Assembly: GCA_965240325.2 (NCBI GenBank)
Contig: OZ251237.1
Coordinates: 682,001 to 746,000, forward strand
Source: Rebecca billardiae RCC1528
Lineage: Eukaryota; Protista; Haptophyta
Reading direction: 5' to 3'
Length of the DNA: 64,000 nt
The notes under the pieces are model-generated. The model ran no database searches. It saw only the letters and a list, made by a program, of their open reading frames with translations, and had not been told where the DNA came from. Made by a program: the position numbers and the translations under genes. Numbering within the stretch: the first letter of the stretch is position 1; each line of letters begins with the position of its first letter. Positions 1 to 11,143 of this stretch are shown piece after piece.

Positions 1-3000
1 TTGAATCTCAAGGGGATCTCGTACCCGGTGCCGAACTACGTGCCGCTGGTGCGCGAGACGGCGGACGCGGTGATCGGCACCGAGCGCGCGCCGACGATCG
101 TCGGGCAGGAGGCGCTGCTGCGCGGAGTGAACGAGCACCTCGATGCGGCCGGCCGCGTGTGCGTGCTCACCGGGCCGCAGGGCGCGGGCAAAACCACGGT
201 GCTGCGCGACGTGTGCACGAGGCTGCAGGCGTCGGGCGCGCGCCGCGCCATGTACATCCCCCTCGACCCGCTCTCGGACCGGCCGCTGCACGTGTGGCAG
301 GTGGTGTTCCAGCGGCTGCTCGAGGACGCGAAGGCGGCGGCGCTGCTCGCCGATCTGCGCACGCTCGCGGCACAGGCTGAGGCCGAGAGCAGCAACCCGC
401 CGCCGGCCGAGTCAGCGCCGCAGCCGCTGCCGCAGGGGCTGGCGCTGCCCCAGGGGCCGCAGCTCACGCTGGCGGCCGCTGATGCTGCGGACGACTCGGG
501 CTCGGGCGTGACCGCAGGCACGGGCTCGGGCTCCGGCGCAGGCCTCGGCATGGGCGCAGGCCGCATCGCACGCCGCCGCGCCAGCGCCACCGCGCGTGTC
601 GCACCAAGCACCGGCCACGCCGCGCGGCGCCGCTCCCGCATGCTGAGTGGGCTGGCGGGCGGGCGCGGCGCTTCGCAGCTGGTGGAGGAGCCGGCGGCCG
701 AGGTGTCTCAGCAGCTCGCCATGCTGAGGCGGGCCCGGCAGGAGAGCCGCACCTTGGCGGACGCGTCGACCGGCGCGCGCACGGGCCCTGAGGGGACCCA
801 GGCAGACGACAGGCGTCACACGAGGCTCGCGGCGCCGCCTGCGCTGCAGCCGGTGCCGAGCGCGAGCGTGCTCGTGGCGGGCGCCCCGGCGGACGAGCGC
901 ACGGACGAGGGCGACGACGTGCACGCGTCGTTCACGTCACAGCTCGGCGGCAGCTCTCTGTCGGGGTCTGGGTCCCCAAGGCGCGGCTCTGCCCAGCAGC
1001 CTGCCGCCTCCTCCTCAGGGCCCGCGCGGCAGCTCGCGCCGTTGGCCCCGCTGGCGCAGCGCCCACACTTTCGGCCGCGCTACTCCTCGCTCTTTGGCAC
1101 TGTGCTCGCGCCCGGCCAGGGGGCTCTGCCGCCAACTCAGCCAGGCTCACCGATGCGCTCGCCGCTGCGACGCCAGCGCTTCAACGCGGCCGTCGACCCA
1201 TCGCCGTCGCCGCTGCGGCATGAGCCGCGCTCGTCGCCAGGCTTGAGAGCGCGCGCGTGGGCGCGCGCGGCCGGCCCACTCGAGAGGATGAGCGAGGCAG
1301 CGTCGCACGGCTCGAGCCGCTGGAGCGCGAGCGCCTCGCCCGACGGCCCGTCCGGCCGGTTCCGGCTCTCGATCGGCACCGTTCACGCGGAGAGCACCGC
1401 CCCCGCGCGCGGCATCCATCGTGGCGGCCGGGGCAAGAGCACAGGGGACGCCTCCGATTCGGGCGCGACTGAGGCGAGCTCGGAGCTGGCTCGGGCGTCG
1501 GCCATGAGCGACGCCTTCTCGGTCGTGGGCGAGCTGCCTCGGGACTCGATCACCGACGAGCCCACGACGCGGCGCTGGGCCGAGCGTGTCGAACGTCGCG
1601 TCTCAGCCGACGGGCCCAGCCTGCCCAGCCTGGCCGCCTCTCCGCTGCTCGCACCCGTCGAGTCAGCGTTGACGCCGAATTCGATGGTGCCCTCGCCGGG
1701 CCGACCGGGCGACGGCGCATCTGACGCGCCCAGCCGGCTCGAGCTTGCGCGCTCCGGGCGGCCGAGTGACAAGAGCGGGGACGCGGCGCGCTCCGATCGG
1801 CCGAGTGACACGCGCTCGCGCACTGGGCGGCCGAGTGACGCACTCTCGCGCTCCGACCGGCCGAGTGACGCGCGCTCGCGCACTGGGCGGCCGAGTGACG
1901 CGCGCTCTGCTCGGCCAAGTGACGCCTGCTCGCGCACGACGCGCCCGAGCGGGGAGACTGAGCAGCCCGGCGGCGCAGGGCCGGGCGTGGGGCTGGGCGG
2001 TGGCGGTGGCGCGGGCTTGGCGTCCAGCTTTTCATTCCGGGGGCGGAGCAGGGCGAGGGCGACGCGGCTGAGCCACCTGTTTGGGGGCGCCGAGCAGCCG
2101 CAGTCGTCTGGGGCGGCGCCGTTCGCGCCGTCCAGCCCGCGCCACGCCGACATGCGATCGTCCGCGATGGCTGAGTCCCACGCGGGCTTCTTCAACAAGC
2201 TCACCAGCGGCGTGCGGCGCCGCAGCCGGATGATCAGCCGCGTCAACTGGCAGGCGCACGATGGCGGCGACGGCGCGTCGGGCGATGCGAGCGCCGAGCC
2301 AGCGCACGCGACGGCGTCCGTGCGGCCGAGCGCAGAGCCCGGTCGCTCGCTGCGCCCGAGCGGCGAGGGGCCTGGCGCCGCGACCAGCGTGGGCACGACG
2401 CCGCGGGGCGGCGGCGATGCGGCCGCGGAGGCACGGCCGACCACGCTCAGGCTCAAGCGCAAGAAGGCGACGACGCAGTCGCTGGTGAGCCGCGGCCGCA
2501 GCTCCGAAGGGGATGGCGGCGAAGGCATCGGCGGCGGCGGCGCGCTGCGCGGGGGGCGGCGCCGTTCCGAGCTGCGAGCGACGCTGGAGGGCGGATGGAC
2601 CCGCGGAGGCGTCACGCCGCCCTTCCTCTTCCAGTCCGAGCTCCTTCGCTCGAGCCCGAGCCTCGTCGCGTCGCTGCCGGTGCTCAACCCGCTGCTCGCG
2701 CTCGTCGGCGTGCGCCTGCCGGCCGGCCCCGCGCTTAGCCTCGGCGTCAACTTCGAGCGGTTTGCGGACGTGGCGCAGCTCGTGCTGAGCGAGCTGCTGC
2801 GGTTGTCGGGCCGCGAGCTGCTGCTCGCGATCGACAACGCCAACCACATGGACCCGCTCTCGTGGCGGCTGATCGCGCACCCGCGCTTCGCCGAGCTCAA
2901 GGTGAGCGCCTCGCTCGCGCTGCGCGAGCTCACCGCGCAGCAGGCGCGGCTCGTGCACGTGATGCAGCTGCAGGAGAGCCGGCTGCTCTCGCGCGAGGTG

Positions 3001-6000
3001 GCCCCGCTCGAGCGCGACGCGGCCATCGAGCTCTTCAAGTCGCGGCTCGGCGTGTCCCACGAGCTGCCCTCCGCGGTCGAGGGCGCGATGCTGGTGCGCG
3101 CGCAGGGCTCGCCGTATCTCGTGTGCGAGATGGCGCGCTATCTTCTGGACATGGAGTGTGTCCGCTTGGTCGACGGCGTGCCGACGCTCGGCGACGTGAA
3201 GCCGTCTGAGCTGCGCGAGCTGCCGACGATGGAGCACCGCGTCCTACTCGCGCAGATCGATCGGATGCCGCCCGCCGAGCAGCGGCTGCTCAAGACGTGC
3301 GCTCTGATTGGCCACTCGTTCTCGATCGCGGACGTGCACGCGCTGCAGGCGCAGGCGAGCGCCGCCGGCCTCCACTCGTCGCAGGAGATCTCGGACAGCC
3401 TCCTCTCGAGCGAAGATCTCTTTGGAATCTACTTCCAGCTGATGAATCTCGAGCGGCGCGACATGCTGCGGCTCACCGACTCGACGGAGCTCGTCTTCAC
3501 CTTCGCGAAGCGCGTGATCCGCGAGGTTGCGTACGGTACCATGACGTACACGCAGCGCAAGGCCATGCACTCGGTTGCGGCGCAGTGGCTGCGCGCGCGC
3601 CTCCACACGGGCGGGGAGTTCTGCGCGGACGACTTCGTGCGGCTCGCGAGGCATCACCAGCAGGCGGACGACGCGCCCGGCGCGGCGGAGGCGTGGCAGA
3701 GCGCCGCGAAGCTCGCGCTCGCCGACTGCTCGTTCGAGGAGGCCTGTGCGTTTGTGCTTGCCGCGGTCGAGCTGACCGCGCCGCGCGCGGCCGCGGGCAG
3801 CTCGATGCGCAGCTCCGGCTCCGGCGGCCGCGGCTCGATGCGCCGGCTGAGCGTGCCGGCGGACTCGGAGCTCCTGCCGGACGCGACGTGGCTCGTGCTC
3901 GGCGTCTCGCTCCACCACGTCGGCTTCGTCGGCGACGCGGCGCGCACGTTTGAGGACTTTCTCGATCGCGACGACTTTGGCTGGCTCGCGAGCTGCGTGC
4001 CGCGCGCGCGCCGCCGCGCCGAGCGCGCGAGCACGCTGCCGATGACGCGGCTCTCGAAGCGGTTCTCGATCCGAGCGCTCGGCGTGTCCGACAGCGCGTG
4101 GGCGATGGAGGAGCCCGCTGAGCCCGACGTCGCCGAGAGCTCAGTCGAGGGCGGCGGCAGTACAAACCCGCGCCGCCGGCACGGGGCGGGCTCGGCGACG
4201 CACGTGGGCTCGATGGCTCGCTCGGTGATGCCTCTGGTCGCCGAGCGGCGCGAGCCCACGCCGGGCGAGCCGCCGACGAGCGCCAAGCCGCGCGCGTCGG
4301 CGAGCCGAAGGCGGCTGCTCATGGATGCGCGCCCGCCGCTGCTCCGGCTCCGGCCGAGCGCGGCGACGATTGAGAGCGTCGACGAGCGGTGCGGCCTCGC
4401 CCTCACACTCGCAGCGCTGCTCCACCTCACCGCCGCCACGATCGGCCAGCCCAGCGCGGCGCAGACGACCAGCTGCGCGAGCCTGGCCGATCGGGCGCTC
4501 CGGGTGGCCGCAGAAGTGGAGCGGCGCGCCGCGCCCGAGCTCGCGGCGCTGTGCGCGCCGCTGGTGGTGAACGCACGCTCGTGGCCCGCGACCGCCGCGC
4601 GGCTGCTCGCCAAATATGAGCTGCTGGCGGCTCCGCTGCTTGAGGGCGGCGCGGACGCGGCGGGCGTGAGCGTGCTGCCGTCGCCCAGCGAGCGTCGGCC
4701 GCGCGCGCGCACGCTGCACTCCGCGTCCGACGGCGGCGAGCGCGGCGCGAGCGCGGGCCGCGCGATCGCCCGCATGGCGCGGCTGTGCGCGCTCCACCTC
4801 TTTGGTCTCGCGTACCTGAGGCTGGGCGACGTTGAGCGCGGCCGTTATTACGAGCACCTCGCGCTGCACGAGGCGATCCGCTGCCGCTCGCTGCTCATGT
4901 GCCAGCGCTCGTGCCTCGGGCTCGCGCTCGTGCTGTGGGAGGAGGGCGAGCTGCTCGAGGCCGCGCACCTGCTCCAGTACGTGCGCAGCATCTGCGTCGA
5001 CCTCGGCGACGCCCACGGCGCGCAGCTGATGAGCGGCTGCTGCGTGGTCGCGGCCGCCATGCTGCTGCGCTCGACGGGCGACCTCTCCTCGATGGGGCGA
5101 GTCCGGGAGCTCGCCCGGACCTCGGGCGTGCCGGCGATCGAGGCGTTCGTGCTCCTGCGCTCGGCGGACGACGACGCGGCCCCCGAGCTCACCGAGATCG
5201 AATCTCGGGTGCTCGAGCTGCTGCAGGCGCACGACGAGTCCAGCGCCGAGTACAACTGCTTGGCGTACGTGCCTGCCTACTGTCACACGCGCGTGTGTCT
5301 CGAGGTGCTCGCGCGCGGGCTCGGCGACGCCGAGCTCGCGCGCGCGCGCGCGCACGCCGCGGTGAGCCGGCTGAGCGCGCTCGCGGCCGAGTGGCGCGTG
5401 CTGCTGCCGCGCGCGCTGCTGCACGAGGGAGAGCTCGCCGTGATGCTCGGCCAGCGCGGCCGCGCGATCCGGCTGTGGCAGGACAGCTTTCAACTCGCCG
5501 CGCGCTCGGACCTCAAGCTGTGCCGGGCGGAGGTGCTCTCGCGGCTCGCGCTCGTGACGACGGGCGAGCGAGGCGCGTCGTTCATGGAAGCCGCCTCCGA
5601 GTCCTTCCGCGAGCTGGCGCTCCTCTCGGAGGCGGCGGAGGCGGAGGATTGGCTGCAGGCGCACGGCGCGGAATCCTTTGACGTGTGGACGACTGTCGAG
5701 CCCGACGCGCAGCGCGAGCTCGGCGCCGAGCTCGAGGAGCTGCTCGAGCGCGCCGGCGAGCCGTCGAGCGACGAGCACGGGCCTTCGGACGCGGCCGCCG
5801 CCTCGTGGGTGCGCGAGCATATCGCGCTCGTCTCCGAGTCCCGCACGCACGGCGTGAGCCAGCGGGAGACGGACGCGGTGATCAGCCGGATTGCCGAGGG
5901 CAAGCGCAAGCTCACGGAGGATTCGTATCGCGAGCTGCACACGCGCGTGAAGGCGCTGGGCCAGGAGCCGCCGCCCTCGGCCGCGCGCCGCTCGCTCAAG

Positions 6001-6735
6001 TCGTCGGCGAGCTCGACGGGCGACTTGCTGGGTGCCGCCGGGCTGCGCGGCTCGACGGGCGCGGTGGGCGACGGCGCGACGCTCGGCACCGAAGCGAACT
6101 CGGCGCCGCTCCGCACGCGCTCGCGCGCGCAGCTCCTAGGCGCGAGCGCCGCATCCGACCCCGACCGCGCGCTCCTCAGCGCGCATCTGCGCCGCGCAGA
6201 CTCGGACGCATCGTCGCGTGGCACCCCGCAGCAGGACTCGCGCCATGCGCCGCCGCACGCCGGCGCGCCGCACCTGGCGGAGCCATCCCGCTGCAGTGGC
6301 AGCCCGCCCGCGTCGCTCCCGATCGACGAGCGCCGCGCGTCGGTCGAGCGCCGCGCGTCGGTCGAGCGCTCGTCCGTCGATTCGCTCGGCGGCGCGGGCA
6401 GCTCGATTCGGTCCGGCCAGACCAGCGAGACGATCACGCCGCCGGCCGCCGGGCGGCGCTCGCTGCTTCCCAGCCGCTCCATGTCCAAGGCCACGCTGGA
6501 GGACCGCGAGCTGCACAAGATGATCTCGGCCGAGCGCCGCGGCATGTCGTTCCGTACGGGTCTCACCGCGCGCGCTGCCGCCGACTCGTCAGAGTCGGGC
6601 ATCATGGAGCGCCCGCGCGCGGCGACGTCCGATCGTCACGAAGACGATGCGCCGGCGCCGCAGCCGCCACCGACGCGACGCAGCTTCTCCAGCTCGCTCG
6701 AGGAGCGTCGCAACCGGCGACAAGGATCAGGCTGA
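1..6735 (+). CDS. Soluble adenylyl cyclase (ADCY10)-like / STAND-class NTPase, 5'-partial
   Basis: Open frame from the window edge. It starts with LKGISYPV, which resembles the KG..PV end of class III cyclase domains. Walker A GPQGAGKTT at 172-198; Walker B LLLAIDNANHMDPLSW at ~2818-2865; then GSPY (GxP motif), LIGHSFS, FTFAKRVIREVAY, LARHH and a helical TPR-like tail. The cyclase domains themselves would lie upstream of the window. Confidence 0.75.
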   Translation: MNLKGISYPVPNYVPLVRETADAVIGTERAPTIVGQEALLRGVNEHLDAAGRVCVLTGPQGAGKTTVLRDVCTRLQASGARRAMYIPLDPLSDRPLHVWQVVFQRLLEDAKAAALLADLRTLAAQAEAESSNPPPAESAPQPLPQGLALPQGPQLTLAAADAADDSGSGVTAGTGSGSGAGLGMGAGRIARRRASATARVAPSTGHAARRRSRMLSGLAGGRGASQLVEEPAAEVSQQLAMLRRARQESRTLADASTGARTGPEGTQADDRRHTRLAAPPALQPVPSASVLVAGAPADERTDEGDDVHASFTSQLGGSSLSGSGSPRRGSAQQPAASSSGPARQLAPLAPLAQRPHFRPRYSSLFGTVLAPGQGALPPTQPGSPMRSPLRRQRFNAAVDPSPSPLRHEPRSSPGLRARAWARAAGPLERMSEAASHGSSRWSASASPDGPSGRFRLSIGTVHAESTAPARGIHRGGRGKSTGDASDSGATEASSELARASAMSDAFSVVGELPRDSITDEPTTRRWAERVERRVSADGPSLPSLAASPLLAPVESALTPNSMVPSPGRPGDGASDAPSRLELARSGRPSDKSGDAARSDRPSDTRSRTGRPSDALSRSDRPSDARSRTGRPSDARSARPSDACSRTTRPSGETEQPGGAGPGVGLGGGGGAGLASSFSFRGRSRARATRLSHLFGGAEQPQSSGAAPFAPSSPRHADMRSSAMAESHAGFFNKLTSGVRRRSRMISRVNWQAHDGGDGASGDASAEPAHATASVRPSAEPGRSLRPSGEGPGAATSVGTTPRGGGDAAAEARPTTLRLKRKKATTQSLVSRGRSSEGDGGEGIGGGGALRGGRRRSELRATLEGGWTRGGVTPPFLFQSELLRSSPSLVASLPVLNPLLALVGVRLPAGPALSLGVNFERFADVAQLVLSELLRLSGRELLLAIDNANHMDPLSWRLIAHPRFAELKVSASLALRELTAQQARLVHVMQLQESRLLSREVAPLERDAAIELFKSRLGVSHELPSAVEGAMLVRAQGSPYLVCEMARYLLDMECVRLVDGVPTLGDVKPSELRELPTMEHRVLLAQIDRMPPAEQRLLKTCALIGHSFSIADVHALQAQASAAGLHSSQEISDSLLSSEDLFGIYFQLMNLERRDMLRLTDSTELVFTFAKRVIREVAYGTMTYTQRKAMHSVAAQWLRARLHTGGEFCADDFVRLARHHQQADDAPGAAEAWQSAAKLALADCSFEEACAFVLAAVELTAPRAAAGSSMRSSGSGGRGSMRRLSVPADSELLPDATWLVLGVSLHHVGFVGDAARTFEDFLDRDDFGWLASCVPRARRRAERASTLPMTRLSKRFSIRALGVSDSAWAMEEPAEPDVAESSVEGGGSTNPRRRHGAGSATHVGSMARSVMPLVAERREPTPGEPPTSAKPRASASRRRLLMDARPPLLRLRPSAATIESVDERCGLALTLAALLHLTAATIGQPSAAQTTSCASLADRALRVAAEVERRAAPELAALCAPLVVNARSWPATAARLLAKYELLAAPLLEGGADAAGVSVLPSPSERRPRARTLHSASDGGERGASAGRAIARMARLCALHLFGLAYLRLGDVERGRYYEHLALHEAIRCRSLLMCQRSCLGLALVLWEEGELLEAAHLLQYVRSICVDLGDAHGAQLMSGCCVVAAAMLLRSTGDLSSMGRVRELARTSGVPAIEAFVLLRSADDDAAPELTEIESRVLELLQAHDESSAEYNCLAYVPAYCHTRVCLEVLARGLGDAELARARAHAAVSRLSALAAEWRVLLPRALLHEGELAVMLGQRGRAIRLWQDSFQLAARSDLKLCRAEVLSRLALVTTGERGASFMEAASESFRELALLSEAAEAEDWLQAHGAESFDVWTTVEPDAQRELGAELEELLERAGEPSSDEHGPSDAAAASWVREHIALVSESRTHGVSQRETDAVISRIAEGKRKLTEDSYRELHTRVKALGQEPPPSAARRSLKSSASSTGDLLGAAGLRGSTGAVGDGATLGTEANSAPLRTRSRAQLLGASAASDPDRALLSAHLRRADSDASSRGTPQQDSRHAPPHAGAPHLAEPSRCSGSPPASLPIDERRASVERRASVERSSVDSLGGAGSSIRSGQTSETITPPAAGRRSLLPSRSMSKATLEDRELHKMISAERRGMSFRTGLTARAAADSSESGIMERPRAATSDRHEDDAPAPQPPPTRRSFSSSLEERRNRRQGSG
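1757..1950 (+). repeat. Coding minisatellite (27-30 bp units) encoding RPSD repeats
   Basis: About 7 copies of cggccgagtgac..., giving GRPSD/DRPSD repeats inside the low-complexity insert. Confidence 0.8.
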
Positions 6736-7154
6736 GGCTCATTACGACGTTACGAGTCACGTCGCATGACGTAATACGACTGGACTAATCGAGACTGTCT
6801 TATCGACGACGAGCGCGCGCGTATATATATACTGCGACATCGTCACATCGATCGTCATCAGTCAGACTGCGCGCTGCATTAGCGACATCTTCGCCGCGCG
6901 TGTAGTCGTCTGCTGCATCGGACGTCGGAGACAAGCGCAGCCTTCCGCGTACGCTTTAAAAGATGGCACCGGAGTCGGCGGCCCACATTGTCGGCTCAGC
7001 GGCGTCTTCCGGCGATCGACGCGGGCCGACTGCCATGGACCATGCCCATGGCGTCTGGCGATCGAGGCCCGAAGCGGTCGGGCCTCGATCGCCAGACGCG
7101 ATCGCTTCGGGCCGCGAAGTTAGCAGGACGCGACGCCAGAGGTCGTCCTGCTAA

Positions 7155-8747
7155 CTACTGGACGCAGAACGTGACCGCAGTGAGGTACGAGCCCTCGGGG
7201 TACAGCGGGTGTACCGGATGGTCCGCCGCGGCGCCGCTCACGCCGAGGACGGTCACCGTGCGCGCATCGGCGGCGGAGGCGGCGGCGCCACCGCCGCCCG
7301 CGGCCGCGGCCTCGTGCACCGTGCGCACCAGCAGCCCCGGCTCGGCCGCCACGGCGGCCGAGCACGAGCAGCTAAGCAGCACGCCGCCTGGGCGCACCAG
7401 CCGCAGGGCGAGTGCGTTGAGCTGGCGGTACTTGCGGATCGCCTTGGGCAGCGTGCGCGCCGAGGGCGCGAGCTTGGGAGGGTCCAGCACGACGACGTCG
7501 TACTGCTTCGGCTTGCCGGGCGCGCCGTCGGCGTCGGCCGGCGGCTCGCGCAGCAACTGCTGCATGAAGGCACTCACCTCGGCGCGCTCGAAGCGCACGC
7601 GCGCGTGCAGCTCGTTGTGCGCCGCGTTGCGCTCGGCGGCGGCGACGGCGTCGGCGGAGGAGTCCACGCCGAGGACGGACGTCGCGCCGGCCGCCGCCGC
7701 GTTCAGCGCGAACCCGCCCGTGTGGCAGCACAGGTCGAGCACCGAGCACTCGCCCGACGCCGACGAGCTGAGAGCGGCACGGACCAGGCGGCGGAGGGCG
7801 CGCCGGTTGTCGCGCTGATCGCAGTAGAAACCCTGCGGGGCGCGGCGCGCGCGCGGCGGGGCGAGTCAGGGGCGGCGCAGGCACGCCGGTACGCGGCGCG
7901 GGGGCCCGGTCCGTGCGCCGCGCACCGTCTTCTGGCCCGTGGCGGGCCGCGCAAAGAACGCCAGCCCAAGCTCATGCACCTCACACTCAGCGTCCTCAGC
8001 CGCCGCCGCCTCCGCCTCCGCACCCGCGGGCTCGAGGCTCCAGCCGTCTTGCTTGAGCCGCATGTCGACGCGGCGCCAGTAGATCGTGGGCGGCGGCGCA
8101 CCCGTCTCGCTCGCACCTGTCGCCTCCGCCGCCACCGCGCCAACCGCCTCCTCAATCGCCGCCCTGTGCACCTCGCACCATCGAGCTGAGACCGAGATCA
8201 CAATGGCCGCCGGTCCAAGCACGTCGACGCAGAGTCCGGAGAGGCGGTCGCCCTCGCCGTTGACGAGGCGGTACGCGGTGGTGTGCTCCTCGCCGGGGGC
8301 GAGCGATGGCAGCCCGAGCGCGGCCTGGCGCACGGTGAGCGCGGCGCGCAGCCGTGCACGAAGCAGCGATTGCAACCCGCCCTCATCAACTGCACGCTTG
8401 GCGAGCAAGGGCACACTCTCCCCGGCGTGGCGCAGAATGCGCACGCGGAACATGGAGTCGGGATTGTACGTACCCCAGCCCACCGTCCGCGGGTTGGTCG
8501 GATGCCCGTCCTGCACGCGCACCAGCTCGCCAGCGGCAAGGCCCTCAGGTGCTTCGGCGACGGCGCCGCCGTAAACGAGCGGGTGGCCATCGCGGAACAG
8601 ACGAGCCTTGCCGCGCTTGAGCGTCACGGCACGGAATGCCGTCGCCGAGGTGGTAGCCGACGGCGGGGCGGTTGAGAGAGCGCGCGCGGAGCGGTACACC
8701 ACGGAGCAGCAGAGCAGCGTCGTGCGCATACGCATCGCCGCCGCCAT
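7155..8747 (-). CDS. RlmI/RlmK-type class I SAM-dependent RNA methyltransferase (PUA + MTase); exons 8747-7926 and 7832-7155
   Basis: Motifs GHPLVY, YRLVNGEGDRLSGLCVD, GQKT|GFYCDQRDNR (joined across GT-AG intron 7833-7925), VLDLCCHTGGF, YDVVVLDPPKLA, SCSCS, DHPV...YL. The N-terminus looks like an organellar targeting peptide. Confidence 0.9.
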
Positions 8748-9025
8748 CGCCGACGTGGACGGTCCAGTGCCGACGCGACGCGCAGCGGCGCGAGCCTTAT
8801 TGCCGTATTCTTTTTTCTTATTTATTCGTCATCACTCGCCTGCGGCTTTTTCATTTCTGATTTCCTTTCTCGAGGGCTGGCCGCGCAGGGCGGGTGACCG
8901 CGTCCGTGCCACAGCTGAGTGCTGCCACGGACGCGTGTCATGTCGTCCGATTCAGCGACAGCTGCGCCACTGGCGAACAGTGGCCTCATGCACGTCTTTA
9001 ACAGCTCATTCCAGCTGGTGGTACG

Positions 9026-11143
9026 TCAGAACGGCGGCTGCTGTGGTTGCGGGGCGCGCCGGCCGCGGATGGACGCGCCCGCGAGCGCGGCCGCAAGCTG
9101 TTGCGGGTTGGGTGCGCCGGTGGCAAAGAGCGAGATCACGTCGAGCGCGCTCAGCCGCAGCACGCTCGAGGCGCTGTCGCCGACGCCGTACGACACGAGC
9201 AGGTCCCACCGCCCCTCGGCCGAGAGCATCGCCTGCTGCACGTTGCGCAGCCGCTGCACCTCCCACGGGTCGACGCTGGGGAAGGCGCTCCAGTCGGTCG
9301 TCGACTCGTCGCCGACGCCCGGCCGCCTCGAGACGAGCTCGAGGCCGGAGACGAAGGCGATGCGCAGGCCGCACTCGCCGTGGAGCTTGGTGGGCGGGCC
9401 CTGCTGCGTGGGGCCCATTGCCGGCTGCTCCCAGCCCGCCTGCCGCGCGCTCGGGAACACCGCCGCGGTGCGCAGCCGGCAGTGCCCGCGCGCGTATTGA
9501 GGGATGTGCGCCCAGCCGAGCTCGCAGCCTCCATACCAAGGCACGTGCGAGCTGTGCGTGAGCAGTGGCAGCTCCGCGCTCACGCCGAGCAGCTGCAGGG
9601 GCTGGCGCGCGCTCGCGATGAAGAGGAAGTGCCGGTAGTCCTGGAACGACACGGGCGGGCACCCGTCGCCACGCCCCCCGTTCAGGCTGCTCGAGTTCAC
9701 GAGGCCCTTCAAGCGCGTGTGCACAACACCAAGCAGCACGCTGCTCTCGCCGTGAAATGGCCGGGCAAGCCGGAGCGGCAGCAGCGGCGCGCCGTTGAGG
9801 TGCACGCTGGTCTGGCTCCACGAGCCAGCCGGCCATGGCGGCTGGAAGCCGCGCGCGGCAAGCCCGAGCTGCGAGAGCATCACCGCCTGCGCCTTCAGGT
9901 AGCGCACAAACTCGCTCGACCGACTCGCCATGGTGCGAGGCTCGTGCACGCAGCGCAAACACGCGGGCAGCGCGGCGGCTGCTGGCTCATCCCGTAGCAG
10001 CGTCGAGATGCCGCGGAGCTCGCACGTCGCGAGCTCCGTCGGGCCGAAGTGGTATACCATTACCAGCGAGTCTGAGCGCCCGCCGCTCTCATCCACCCTC
10101 ACGGGCGGCACGAGCGGGCTCCAGTTCTTGTCCTTGATTGTGGCGCCGCGTGCGGCGGCGCCATCCAGGCTAAGCCCCATTGCTGAGATGCGCTCCGCGC
10201 GCGCCTCGGCCGTCCGCTCGGTGGGCGAGAGGTCGCACACCTCGTGCACGCGCAGCAGGCCCTGGCCGCAGCCGCGCGTCTGGGAGAGGCTGCCCCGGCA
10301 TGCCGAGTGGCACCGGCCCTGCAGCCCGCTCACGTTGCGCTGGGCCACACCGTGGCCCGCGCCGTGGCCAACTGACGGGGCCGAGCTGCTGGCCGCCCCG
10401 GCGGTCGCGCCGCTGCTGCCGCCTGGCGGGGCCGCGCACACCTCGAGCAGCCGCTGCTGCGAGGTGCGCAGCTGGGTCTCGACTTCCCGGTCGACGAGCG
10501 AATCGCGCCGCGCGGCCCGCTGCGCGACCACGTCGTCGTTGCGCGGCGGCGGCCCATCCACCCCGGCGACCACCAGCAACGAGCCAACTGGCTCACCTGG
10601 AAGGGTGGCCGCGCTGAGGCGCGGGGTGAGGCTCCAGCGCATCACGCGCAAGCCCTGGCGCATCGTGGTGACGGGCGGCGTCGCGTCGTCGGCGAAGAGC
10701 GCCGTGTTCACGGTGACCATCATCAGCAGCCCGTCGTCCACGCGCGCCAGCTTCGGATCCTCGCCCTCGCCAAGAGGGTGCAGCACGCGCGCAACGCAGT
10801 AGCCGTGTATCGCGCACGACGTCTCGTTCGCGTACAAGACGAAGGAGAATACGATGGAGCGGTAGCTCTCGACGGCACGCGTCCGGCAGAGCAACGTCGA
10901 CGCGTCGTCCCGCATCGACATGCAGCGCTTGCCGTCGCCATGGACGAGCATCATGCGCGCGACGCCAGCGAGGTGTCCGCTCGGCAGGCCGCACGAGCGG
11001 CACGACGCGATGCTTGGGTTGGTGATCCAGAAAGACGACTCCGGACCGGCGGCGACGATTCGCGGCAGGTCGACCCACTCGATGTGGGAGTGCAGCGGGC
11101 GCCCGAGCACCGCGGCGGCGAGAACTGCGGCAGCCATCGTCAT
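9026..11143 (-). CDS. Five-bladed beta-propeller glycosyltransferase/phosphorylase-like protein (BMT/GT91-GH130-like), intact copy 1
   Basis: 705-aa intronless ORF with ordered motifs NPSI, GEDPKL, KDKNWSP, GVVH, YRHF, IAFVSGL and LVSYGVGD, typical of this clan. Short hydrophobic N-terminus. Confidence 0.6.
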   Translation of the reverse strand: MTMAAAVLAAAVLGRPLHSHIEWVDLPRIVAAGPESSFWITNPSIASCRSCGLPSGHLAGVARMMLVHGDGKRCMSMRDDASTLLCRTRAVESYRSIVFSFVLYANETSCAIHGYCVARVLHPLGEGEDPKLARVDDGLLMMVTVNTALFADDATPPVTTMRQGLRVMRWSLTPRLSAATLPGEPVGSLLVVAGVDGPPPRNDDVVAQRAARRDSLVDREVETQLRTSQQRLLEVCAAPPGGSSGATAGAASSSAPSVGHGAGHGVAQRNVSGLQGRCHSACRGSLSQTRGCGQGLLRVHEVCDLSPTERTAEARAERISAMGLSLDGAAARGATIKDKNWSPLVPPVRVDESGGRSDSLVMVYHFGPTELATCELRGISTLLRDEPAAAALPACLRCVHEPRTMASRSSEFVRYLKAQAVMLSQLGLAARGFQPPWPAGSWSQTSVHLNGAPLLPLRLARPFHGESSVLLGVVHTRLKGLVNSSSLNGGRGDGCPPVSFQDYRHFLFIASARQPLQLLGVSAELPLLTHSSHVPWYGGCELGWAHIPQYARGHCRLRTAAVFPSARQAGWEQPAMGPTQQGPPTKLHGECGLRIAFVSGLELVSRRPGVGDESTTDWSAFPSVDPWEVQRLRNVQQAMLSAEGRWDLLVSYGVGDSASSVLRLSALDVISLFATGAPNPQQLAAALAGASIRGRRAPQPQQPPF

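Noticed and set aside
1383-6788. Long antisense and alternate-frame ORFs over real genes (also 35965-36657, 48621-50258 and others)
   Set aside because: Expected shadows of high GC and codon bias; Arg/Ala/Pro-rich with no domain motifs.
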